Shown: positions 1 through 11,593 of the stretch, piece after piece
Numbering within the stretch: the first letter of the stretch is position 1
How the letters are laid out: every line of letters begins with the position of its first letter
Origin: Gonapodya sp. JEL0774
Taxonomy: Eukaryota
Reading direction: 5' to 3'
Length of the DNA stretch: 64,000 nt
Assembly: GCA_027604505.1 (NCBI GenBank)
Contig: JADIIX010000038.1
Span: 1-64,000 of the forward strand
Translations under genes and position numbers: made by a program
Notes under the pieces: model-generated
The model's input: only the letters and a program-made list of their open reading frames with translations
Database searches by the model: none
Told to the model about the DNA's origin: nothing

Positions 1-442
1 TGATGCGTGCAGGGGCCTCGAACCGCAGCGGCACATGAGCCGGGCAAAAACCTATACAGGTTTTCGCCCCCACAAAACTCTGGCCAACTCCAATAATAAT
101 ACATTCATTCCCAGCTACAGTCCGCGCTCAATAATATTTATTTCACAAGAGGTCATCTTGAGAACTAGGCGCATGTGGTTTAAACCAGTAGCCAGAAGCT
201 CTCGAGACCTTTTCTGTTCCTTCGATGTTGTTCTACTTGTATATATCAAGCGAGCTCATTTGAGTTAATATGTATTTGAACCTGATGTGTATAATGCCGA
301 ACATGGTGGTTTCTTCCCAGCCGGGAACCGTCCGCCTTCCCTCCCATCTGCTTCGAGTTCCCAGTCTTTGGTCCGTCGGATATCTTCCATCTTGACTTGA
401 AAGGCTTTCTCTTCTCCTTGTTTCCCTCCTGCGCCCGCCCCA

Positions 443-2158
443 ATGAGCAAACGCGTGCCCCCAATCACGCTCAATTCGTACAAAATCAATTTCCAAAACC
501 CAGTCACCCCGCACACTGCTGTTTCGAGACAGCGCGAAGCTGGCATCTACTCTATAAAAAGAGCTTCCGTCGCCGGAAACCAGTTCTACCGCGATCCCAA
601 TGGGAATCTCCAATCCCACCTCCCTCCCTGGTTCTCAGCTCTCCAACTTCACCCGCCAACAGGAAACCACTCAAGAGGGATAGATCCCTCAACTGTCTTT
701 AAGCCTCCTACTGGTTTCTCGTCGGGTTCGTCGTCGCCGTCCGGTTCCCGCCCTGCTGCTGGAGGGCTTTCTCGTATATCTCTCCCTGCTGGTGGAGGAT
801 CCACGGCCGCTACTTCCGACGTATCACAATGGTCAGCAGACGAAACAGATCCCACATCCGTCCCTCTCCCAACCCGCCACATCTCTACCATGCCCCGCGG
901 CCACGCCCGCCGCCTCGCCCGCTCCCTTTACCACAAGCGCCGCATCCTTCGCGCTCCCACAATATCCTACCCCGAGGATGAAATCCGCAGGAGATTCTAC
1001 GAGGAACATCCGTTCGAGCTCTTCCGCGGGACACCGCTCGCGGAGGATGGCGAGCAAGGAGTCAGGGAGAACGTGCGGAACTGGGAGAGGGGTGTGCCGC
1101 CGGAGGAGTCGCAGACGGAGGGGGAAGTCACTGCGGAAAGGTGAGTCAGCGGGAGTGATAGCGAGCGCCTGTACCAACCGAAGGGAGGGATTCCGCCAGA
1201 GGCGAACCTGGCCGATGCCGAGTGACCTTTCCTTTACCGAACACGACTTGTCATTCCCCTGCCGGAGGCGAATGACTTTTCGTGGCTGAAGGACACATGG
1301 ACTTTTCTGTGTTGTACTTTCGAATATCGATTGTTTGCAAAGGAAAGGATTTGGACCTTCCGCTGTTTGAAAGGGATTGGCAAACTAATGTACAGCCCGC
1401 TGTTTGCTGACTGATGAAATCGTGTGCTGAAATGAAAGTGGGGGCCCTCTCTGCTCGACTGTATGAAGCATGAACTAATCGGAGAGGAGCACGTTGAGGT
1501 TGTGGTGTTTTGAGAAGGACCAGACGTGGAGGACCGTGTTGTTCACTGCTGGTTAGTGCGGCTTAATTTAAGTGTTGCCCACTCCGCTCGAGAAATATGA
1601 ACATCAACGGTGGGAAGCTTATGGAATTAGGTGGTTGAGAAGGAAAGGTTGCCAACTGGTGTTGACTGCTGAATTCGGGCGGTGAGATGGATGTGATGCC
1701 CACGTCGCTCGAGAATATGCTCGTAGTATTTTCGACAGGACGAATCTGCCACGACCATTTCGTGTGTGACCGTAACCCTCGTTTGCTCTCTTCCCCCCCC
1801 CTTCCCCGCCCGCTTCACCCCTCCTCACATCCTCATCCGCAGCGCCATCCGCCACGCCCTGTATCTCCACATCAATCAAAACCTCCCCCTCTCCGTCGCC
1901 TACAGCACCGCCGTCCACGCTTTCCGTCTACAACGGGCCCGCGAAGAACGTGCTGCTCGCGAGCGAGAATTTGCCGCGCACGGACCTGCAGACACTGCCG
2001 CTCCGGGTGCGGACCGATCTGTAACCGTGGATAAGAACAAAGCGCTCCAAGAGTTTTTCAAAGCCAGGCCCCGGCCGGCGACGAAGAAGTTCTTGGAGTG
2101 GGAGGATAGGGAGGTGGAGGAAGGCAGGGAGGCTGAGAGGGAAAGGAGGGAAGAGTGA
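443..2158 (+). CDS. RSM25: Mitochondrial small-subunit ribosomal protein mS23 (Rsm25-like); 2 exons (443-1140, 1843-2158)
   Basis: Motif PTISYPEDEIRRRFYEEHPFELFRG; after a GTGAGT...CCGCAG intron the frame continues SAIRHALYLHINQNLPLSVAYSTAVHAFRLQRAREE, matching the fungal Rsm25/mS23 pattern. Confidence 0.75.
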
Positions 2159-2472
2159 GTGTTTGGACGGCAATTGCGGTGATACCTTTTTACGCACTCT
2201 CCTCCTCCTCGCACGCACCCATGATTCCCTTCCTCCCAACCCGCCGCACCAACCAACCAGACTGGACGCTCGACGCGCCCAATCGGAACAGATGTCCCAG
2301 TTTGACGCGGCGGGGTCTAAACCCGGAGATGGTTCGTCTCGGTGAAACGTAAATAAGAAATGGAAATGTGCAGAAATTTGGTGGTGGTGTAGATTGAGAA
2401 TGGGATGTTTTGTGGACGAGCTTGGTCATGTGTCCTCTTTGAGTCAAGCACAGTTTCGCCGTCGCAAAAGTG

Positions 2473-3946
2473 ATGATCACCACTCTTCCGCCCGAACTCT
2501 TGATCTCTATTCTTTTCCATCTCCGCCTGCCATCGCTCCTCCGTGTGTCTGGCACGTGCCGTCTGCTCCAACAAGTCGTCTTCACCTCACCAGCTCTGTG
2601 GTCCTCGATCGATTTTCTCGATGCAGCGCAGGATAGAATGATGGTAGTGGTGCACGGAGCTGATCGGATGGCCGTGGATGCGGTGGGCAGGCGTGATGCA
2701 ATGTTCACGCCGTGTCGAGGTCGCCTCACGCTCCCAGTTCGAGCACCGAACCTGCGCCTGGTCACCGATACCACACTTCATTCCCTCCTCGACCGTCTGG
2801 AAGAGCACTTCGATACCGGAACGACGGTCAAGCGACTTGTTGTGGACAATACCGCAGTCACGTGGGAAGGTGTTGCGTTCGCTGTCCGGGTCCTGACCCG
2901 TGTGCGGGGAAGCTCGTTGAAATGGCTCTCCATGTCCATGTGCCCCAACCTGGTGCTCCCTGCAGAACCTGAGAAGATTATTGAAGAGTATTTCGTCGAT
3001 GGGGAGGCGAACGTCGATGCGGTGGGAATGGTGAGGGGATGGAAAAACGAAGCCGAGCGTACCTTCTTTGGGGGGAAACAACCGCGGGCAGGGGTACACT
3101 CGTTCCTCACTACTACTGATATTTTTCTCACTTCTTGTTTTTTGTGGACAGTACGGGATCCATTACATCGGCAAGACTTTGTCCGATGTCGCGGATGGAA
3201 ACGACCACCCACGTATCCTTCCCCTCCTCCCTTCACGCATTGACACATGCAGAGATTACTTTACAGTTCGCCCTCTCCTTCTTCTCTCTGCTTTCTCCAC
3301 GCGCACTGCCTCGTCGCATCCGAGCTTCACGGCTCCTGATCTCGTCGTGCCACGGTGTGCGACCTGTCACAGCCCGACACTCCCAGGCTCGCGGTCGCAG
3401 TTCCCGCCACAGCCGTTTGTGTTTTCTACACGCTTATTTTGCATCTCGTGTGACTCCGCAGAGTATACGTGCGGGTGTTTCAGATCCGGGGGAGGGCAGA
3501 TGCTCCTTTGTTGCACTGCGGCTGTGGGACACTTTGTTTGTGGGTGGTGTAAACGTATCGCCACCCAACTAGGGAGTCAAGGCGACATTGTGGCAGACGC
3601 TGTACGTGCCTCGATGCCCGCCCAGTGCTCGCAGTGTGGATTACCCGTGTGCAGAGCATGCGAGCTGCGCGGTTGTTCCTTCCCGGACTGTACACAACGC
3701 CCTCTATGCGAAATATGCCACGACAGTGCGGCCCACCAGTATTGCGGCGTGCCCTTTTGTGACGCACGGTGGTGCCTTGAGCATGAGCCCACGTCCCCCC
3801 CGTGTGAGGTGCTCTCTTCCATCGCGTGTCCACAATGCGATCAAAATTTCTGCTCACAGCATGATGGGTCGGCATATGCGGTGTGCAGGAAGTGTGGACG
3901 GAGGGAGTGCTGGGAATGCAGGGACTGTGGGTGTGACCCGCTGTGA
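2473..3946 (+). CDS. F-box protein with C-terminal Cys/His-rich (putative Zn-binding) repeats
   Basis: N-terminal F-box ITTLPPELLISILFHLRLPSLLRVSGTCRLLQQVV..LWSSIDF; intron 3094-3151 joins to the ORF with many CxxC pairs (CATC, CISC, CGWC, CSQC, CRAC, CEIC, CPQC, CRKC, CWEC). Confidence 0.75.
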
Positions 3947-4177
3947 CAACATCACTTTCTTTTAGACGCGAAGGGATGAATGCATGATATTTTCTTTCGT
4001 CCATGAAATATTTGAAGGCCCACCAAACATTGCGTTATGCCTGTCCGATCTATTAACAGTTCACCTTGGACGGTGGAAAGGGTTCTGTGGTTTGTGGATG
4101 TGCTCAGGTGGCCATTATTGAATTCCATTGAGTTTATTGTGAATTTTCCACAAACAGTCCATTCACTCACTTCCCGA

Positions 4178-7100
4178 ATGAGCACTGGTGGCGCGACCAG
4201 GAAAAGCGTATCACCTCCTTCCGCGCCGGAAGACGTGGACCTCGTTGTGGAAATGGGTGTCAATGGGTGCGAAACTGAATCCGCCGGCGTGGTGGGTGAG
4301 GACGACAAAGACAGTAGTAATGAAACTTTTGAGGACGCTTTGATGATGATGGACGAAGACCAGGTGGATGATCGGAGTACGGATGGAGACTTGGGTGCTC
4401 GAGATAAAGGCAAGAAGGTGGTTCGAGACTGGAACATGGAGGAGATTCAAACAAGAAGACCGCGGACATTTCTCTTGCCTCCGGAAATTCTCCAGCAGAT
4501 TTTGCGTGAGTACAGTGCAGTGGTGCTGGTGGAGAGAGAGATCAGTGTGTTATCGAAGGTAACTGATATGAACCCTGAAACATACGTTCGACATCGCGCC
4601 GTAGTTCGTCTTTCCAACTCCGACCTCTACTCGTGCCTGTCGGTGAACCGCACCTGGTCTCGAGCCGCAGCCGCCGTACTGTAAGAGCTTGTTTCCTCGT
4701 TTCTGCGTTCTGTTTTGAGGTTGCTCACCCCATCCGTTGCAATCACCTTCCCGCACCATGCATTCACAGCTACGAAGTCCTTGACGCTCCTCTCATTCTC
4801 GCAACATCCACTCCCTCTCGCCTTACTGACCCCTGGAACGCGCTCGTCTCTGTTGTTGGAAAGTCTTCCGAACAAGCTCGCAACCGAAACAAGGGTCTTC
4901 AAGGAAGTCAACCAGTTCGTCCACAGACACATTTACCATATGCAAGCTTCGTGCGCTATGTTAACTTGGGTGGTGTCCCACCAAGATTCACCCCCGGACG
5001 TGAGTTTTTGTAGCCTGTGTTTACCGAAGTGGATCCTTTGTATTGAAGAGAGCAGCGAGGAGCTCAATTTTCTTTTGGTCTACGGTTGTCTCAGGATTCG
5101 GGGGAAGACTCGTGTGTGGGAGTCTAGATCGGTCAGGAAGAAGCGAAAGGGAGCTCGGGCGTCAGAACACAACATTCAATCAGTTTTAACCGCTTTTCGC
5201 TTCACTGTGACTTCACATCACAGTTCCTGTACCGCGTCGTCCACCACCACCTATATTTCTTCCCCCGGCTGCCGGCGCCCAAACCCGCCTCGGCCCTGCA
5301 CTCTCTGCGACACGCTCAAAGCGAGAACGTGATGCTGCTGCCGCTGCGAACACAAAAGTAGACGATAAAGCCGCTGAAGAAGCATATTCCTATCATACCA
5401 GATTTCTAAAAGCGGTCGGGCCGAGTTTGACGTCTATTACAGCCGCGGGTTGTGTAATTGAGGGGAAGATTTTTGGTGAGTTCGCGAGAACGTTACTCGG
5501 GAACACCAGGAAATATTGGTCTTCTGCGGCGGTGCAAGTCTTCGTTTCTTTGACAGCTACGTGAAAACTGATCAACCACACGTGCCAAACTTCCATAGAT
5601 TCCCTGATTCCCTGTTCTCCGTGGACCTTCCTCTACTCGCTTGACCTCACTCTCGCACGCCCTGTGCATTCTCTCCGGCGCTCCCGCGCCCAACCCGCCC
5701 TGCTTAGCCTCGCCGCGCTCCCGGAACTTGCTCCAAATCTTCGTGCACTCAGAGTTCGTGGATGCCGGTGCATTGCTGCGACTGTAGTGGAAACATGCGA
5801 GGCACTGAAAAGGACCCTCGATCATCTGGAAATAGGAAGCGAATCCGGTCCAGTGAGGAGGGACCAGGATGCGGGGGCAATGGGGATACACGCAGGGGCA
5901 CTGCAAGGAGTTCAAGTGGGCCAAGGACAGGCACCACAAAATGCCCAAGCACTGCCCACCCAGCTCCCGCTGTTACCAGCTGGTAACCCGGGTCCTGGAT
6001 TGGTAGCCCCTGGAGGGGGCAACGCACCATTGATTGTCCCTCAACTGCCGGCGCAACCAATTCAGCAAAATCAAAACTCGCGGAGAGGCTCACAGATTCC
6101 TCAGCCTCTTGCAGGCGAGCACTTCACCCATCGCGATCTTGAGCGTATTGCTTTTGCTCTGGGACCTACCCTACGCCATCTCTCCCTCTCTGGGGATCAT
6201 TTACTGCGTACCGTCGCTACTCTTCCAAGTAGCAAGTTTTCTGAGCGGTTTGTGAAACTTATCGGATTGGATATTAGGGGTGGCGAGATTGAGCTTGATG
6301 ATGTATTGGTTGGGATGGTTGTGGGCATGGTGCCGGGCGATCCTCCTGCACCAATACAACAGGCGACACCAATGAACGCCGGAAATAATTCGCAGGGAGC
6401 AGCTGTTGATGTCGACATTATCCCGCCGCCACACCCTGACGGCCGGCTATCAGCACTGTCCATTTCAGGCCGCCTGCGGGGTCCTGACTCCCTCCGGTTC
6501 CTTGCACCCTACACCAATCGCTTAGTATCTCTTCGTCTCGAGACGCGCCTTCCCACAATGACGCCTGCTTACCGGCGGGCTCACGTCGAGGCTATACGTT
6601 TCCTCCTCTCCTCCGCACCGGGGCTACAACGGCTCGCAATGCTCAGCCACGATAGATTCCTTGGAAAAGATCTTCGAAGGATGTTTGAGGGCGTTCGGAA
6701 TTTGAAGGAGCTCGAGGTGCCAGAAAGCACCATGTTGCAGCTGAACGTGCTGTTCCAGGTGCCGGGTACGGGCCATATGGGGATGAGTGTGGGATTATAC
6801 AGGTGAATGTAAAGAGCACGAGTGTATGATTTATCTCTGCTAATGCTGCTTTGACCAGGTACCCTCGGGCGGATGAGTCCTTCCTCGCCCATCTCTCAGA
6901 CACGTGCGGTGATACACTTCGAACACTGCGCATCGCACTCGCAGGCGAAAGAGACACTAACGACCGGGCTATGGATGAGGAGCAGGATGAAGATGGGCCA
7001 GGAGACGATGGAGACGATGGAGATGGCCCTGGAAATGACGACGAGGTTGCAATTGGACAAAATCTGCCCCTCCCGCAAGATCTTGGGAATAATCCGAATG

Positions 7101-8725
7101 CGGCACTTCTGATAAGCAATGTCTTGGGACAAATAGCAGGAGGAGCAATGGGGGGCTTTGGAGCCGGTCAGAATAACCAGTCGGAGAATCTCGAAGTGGA
7201 TGGCTTAGCGGAAGATGGAGGCCAATCCAATGGCCAAAGCGCAGGTGGACAGCACGAATTGACGGGGAATGAAATTCTTAGTCAATCTGGAGATAGTTCT
7301 GATAACACTGGAGAACCCTCCGGTGTTGATACAACCGTTGCCGATATTGGATCGTCGTCTCTTCAAGCGGATGACGAGGCGGAAGATGAAGTAGAGCAAA
7401 CTGATGAGGATTCCCATGGTGCTGTCACCGTTAACTTTGCAGACATGGTGTTTGACATAGAGATTCAGACAGGTGGTAGTAATGACGCGGTTACATCCAC
7501 GGAAGCCCCCTCGGTTTCACCAGAGTTGAATACCACAGAAGATAGTGCACACAGTGACGCGATGGAAGGTATCGAGGGAGAGGCGTCCGACGCCGGAGAA
7601 TCCAGTCTGGGAAAACGCAAAGACCGTGACGATGACTACGAAAATCACGCCTCAGTGGGGGATGACAATCGGAAACGACCAAGACAAACCGTGGCTGGCG
7701 AAGGATCCTCTAGCTCTCTCCCGAACGAACCACAATCTCTGACGTCTTCAAACGGAACAGTACTCATCTCTTCCAGCTCAGGTGATGCGGTGTCGTCTTC
7801 AGCGGGCCCCCATACCACTAGCACCGAAGCCACAAGCACTTCTGGAGCGCAATCTTCAAACATGGCTCTTTTGGGATCACTTCTTGGGCTCATGCTAGTC
7901 GAGACGATCGGGCAGGCCCTAGGTGCGATAACGGGAACGGGTTCAGGAAGTTCGTCTGGGGGAGCAAACTCTGGTCATTCTTCAAGCATTGGCTCTCAGA
8001 GTGAAAGCAGCGGCTCGAGTACAGGAGGAGGCTCATCTGATGGAGCTCCCGCGAACACTCTCACATCGTCTGTCGCATCTTCCTCCGCGTCTGCTCCTCC
8101 CGTGCTTCCATCCCAAAGCTCCAGTTCCGCACTTACAAATGCTGAAAATGGCAGTGGCGCCACAGCCGAGAATTCAGGTGGAGGAGGTATCAACTCCGGT
8201 TCGATGGTTCCCCAAAGCATAATGGACTTAATGAGCGCGTTTGGTCAGGCAATGTTTGGTGGTCCAGGGCTAGGAAACTTCATGAACGGAAGTGGAAACT
8301 CGGCAGGTCTTGGGTCCTCTTCGAGTGCAGGGGGAAGCGTCATCCTTCCTCTGTCTTCGGCGAATTTCGGGTCTTTCATGAGCAATGGCGCAGGCCAGTC
8401 GTCTGCTTCATCTTTTGCTGGGACGAGTAGCTCAGGGACAGGTGGTACCCAGAGTCAGTCGTCGCAAACGACGGAGGTGGACATCTCCAGTTCCACCCCT
8501 TCACGTAACCGTGCACGACTCGGTGACCTTACCGTATCTCGCATTCGCCGAATTCCTGGCATGTTCCGCAACCTGAGTAGGCTCTCGATCGACGTGGTGG
8601 AGGAAGAGGCGGTGCAACGGATGAGGGGACTGTACAGGGGCAGGCCAGACGAGGCAGTTTTTGCTGGTAATGAGGCTGTGATCGTGGGGAGGAATGCCGT
8701 GGAGCGACTGATTGGGTTAGAATAA
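4178..8725 (+). CDS. F-box-like/LRR protein with large low-complexity insertion; multi-exon
   Basis: LPPEILQQIL...DLYSCLSVNRTWSRAAAAVLY F-box-like motif, PYASFVRYVNL, and LRR-like units (PNLRALRVRGC, PTLRHLSLSG, PGLQRLAML, RNLKELEVP, RNLSRLSID) across ORFs 4037-4684, 4633-5013, 5664-6806 and 6851-8725. Internal exon bounds approximate. Confidence 0.65.
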
Positions 8726-8902
8726 GTACTTCCGGGAGGATGAATCTTGCCATTTTACGTAATACAAATTTCGTTCAATAGAAGTCAAAATATTCACGCT
8801 ACTTGGGCTGAACCAATCGCTCCGTGTTTGAGATTACCATAACAGCAAGAACGGGGTATCCACTCCCTCGCTCCACAATAAACTCTACACTGTACAGGTA
8901 TA

Positions 8903-11045
8903 TCATGGCTCCTCCTCGATGCTAGGTGTAAAGCTCCGTCGCCTCCGCGAGTCCGGAGAGTTCTCGCGGTTAGATGTATCCACTCTGTAATCCCCGCTGA
9001 CTCTGCGAGAATCAGGTGTTGGTTCGTAGTCAGAGCTTTTGTCAAGCTTAAGGGCCACCTTCTCTCGTTCTAAGTGCTCGATTAACTTCATGTAGTTGAA
9101 GCCCACTATTCCCATTAATGAAATGATTAAGCCGATGAACTTTTGTGGACAGGGGAGAATTTGAGTGAGTTTTCCAGGTCTTCCCAGAAGACAGGACGCA
9201 CGATCGTCTCACGTTTAATGTTGTGATTGTATCTCCAAAGATAAGATGAGAAGTGGTGATCGTAAGAATTTCTTTGAAAATGCCCTGTTTGGACGACTGT
9301 AAGTGAGCCGCCAACGCAACAGGATGATCCTTACACTATAGTCGATAGCTCACCGCCACACTAAGCACAACTACACCGCTGTGTTTGATCAGGCCGAACT
9401 CAACTAGAATCATCGACCACGCTATGAAACCCGCAAACCCCATTAGGACGAAGAGTTGCGGCCCCTTCGCTACAGCATTGGCCAATTTTGCAGAGATTCA
9501 GTGATCTTCAAATGCGGAACGATATCGATTTTTCACTCTTTGCGCTACCAACTCACAAACGAGATCAGGCCAGCCCTCAATCGCTATCGCTGCAACAACA
9601 GTGGACAAGAACATTCCCGGCGCCAAGTGGAAGTTGGTGACCAGCGGGTTCGATGTGTGCCCATGTCCGACTTGATGAGTGGGCTTGTTGTTTGATGTAG
9701 GGAGTTGGCGAGACTGCGAGTCTTGGGGTTCGGGTTCAGCCGAGAGCCGGGGCTTCACCATGAGGACCTGCGTAAGAGACCAGCGGAAGCCAGAAAGAAT
9801 GACGGCGAGGAGAACTTCGAAAATGCTGGGATGGGGCCGAATTTAATGAGGAAACGGTGAACTTAGTACAACGGAAGGCTAGACAAGTGACTTAAAGGAG
9901 GGGGTTTCGAGAGTCGGAGGCACAAAATGTAGAGGAATGATGGAAGGTAGAAAGGCCACTCACCCAACCAATCGCTGGCGCTCCTCAACGGGTGTACCGT
10001 CATCTCTCCCATTCCGGTCTTTCATGGTCATGAGGAGGACACCTGTGCAGATGACAGTGATGACAAGCTATTTGACCAGGTAAAAATCCCGAGCATTTCT
10101 TTCGATGAGAATGGTGCATGCATGTAGAAATGATGCCGTTCTGAAACCTTACAATCAGCTGCCATCGTACGCGCTCGATACGGAAGAGGAATGCGAAGAA
10201 GAGAACCGCCGCAGGGGTGGAGGATTTGACCATAGCTAGGCAAAAGGAAGGCAGACGAGGGACGGGGCGAAAATGGACACTTTGTGGGCACAAGTCTGTT
10301 CGTGAGTTGAGCGCCGAGAAAAATAGTGCTCACTGTACAAGGTCAAAGTGATGTTGCGGAGAGATGCGTTCGACAGACCAATATCCAGGCCTGTTGCGAG
10401 GCCACAGGGGAACTCGCGGACGCTTATGTGTGAAGGACACGGTGAGCACAGTGAGCTGGGAGGTATTGCCGACCAGAACAACCACCCACAAGTAAAATTT
10501 GGGAGGAGGAAACCACTGTTGTGGCCGCCATGATCGAAATACGGTGCCAAGGGCGATGCCACTAAGGAGAAACTGGACTGCCATGTGAATGGCGGAGGTG
10601 AAGAGTGGGTAGTGGTAATCGTAAGGCTCAGAAAAGTTGAACCACGAAGTCTGTCCAGTCAATGTACGCCGAGAGAAAGAGAAGGTGAGAGCTTTTCAGA
10701 GAGAGCGGTATTTGAGGTTCACGGTGCGTAGGGCACTCTCACCAACACTCCGACATGAGGGATGCCCTCGGGTCTCGGCTTCCCAAACATCCATTTGTTG
10801 AAAACGGATAGTGTCAGCGACAGGCTGTACCACGAAGCAATGTATCCGATAGTGAGAAGGGTATCCCTGCTGAAAAACGCTCCTGCGACCTCATGAGCAT
10901 GCGAAGTGGTGTTGGTGCCGCCATGAACTCCAGCGATATTGTGTGGTCTCCGTGGGAAAGCGGGGACAACTACGGTGGTATCTGATTCGGCAAGAAGAGC
11001 CTGCGATTCCTCGGGAGTCGCATGGTTTCTGGCTTTGACCGCCAT
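8903..11045 (-). CDS. Nucleotide-sugar/triose-phosphate transporter family protein (SLC35C2/Ymd8-like); multi-exon
   Basis: WYSLSLTLSVFNKWMF, YHYPLFTSAIHMAVQF, GLATGLDIGLSNASL..ITLTLY, MVKSSTPAAVLFFAFLFRIE, GIFKEILTI, GIVGFNYMK. Start codon uncertain. Confidence 0.85.
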
Positions 11046-11593
11046 CAGGGTTCGACCAAGGGGTACCAAGGGGATCTCGCTAACACCGCGAGCAGAAGAC
11101 GACCCCAACAGTCAAATTCCGCGCGCACGTGTGTAAATGCGGTGAATTGGCGTGGGGATGGACAGGATTATTTCCAGAACTCTGATGGTAGTCAACCAGT
11201 CCCGTGTTGGCCGATCACGACACTGTTATATGATGAAGCCTGGCACAGCACCTGAGTCGACTGCTCCTGTCGCATTGCAGAACATATGTACCTGATAGCA
11301 TGCGCTAATTCTTACAATTGCACGAGCGCATTTCTCATTCCATCAAGAACTCTCACACGACGCGGTGCCTCGAGACTGAGCTACGGCAATATATAAGCAA
11401 GATTAGATTTGTTTATTAAAATTATTCTCGATTTTCTCTCTTTTTCAGCGATTTTACCGAGAGTTGAGCGTGCCCGATTGAGCTGAACCCACCAGTGATT
11501 TGCTGTGGCCACTATACACTGAAACCGTCGCATATATATAAGACGCATTCCCGCTTTACATCTTTCCATTGTTGAATTTCTACTCACGCCGTC

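Noticed and set aside
42..85. Helitron 3' end (hairpin followed by CTRR)
   Set aside because: CTGG at ~80 is followed by C rather than T, and no Rep/helicase remnant is visible.
255..310. TPP-riboswitch-like string TTTGAACCTGATGTGTATAATGCCG upstream of mS23
   Set aside because: No CTGAGA motif, the P5 stem does not pair, no closing GCG-x-AGGGA, and the downstream gene is unrelated to thiamine.
3213..3266. U12-type 5' splice site GTATCCTT in the F-box gene
   Set aside because: The segment is in frame and stop-free, and no well-placed CCTTAAC branch site precedes a frame-preserving acceptor; it is probably coding or an ordinary U2 intron.
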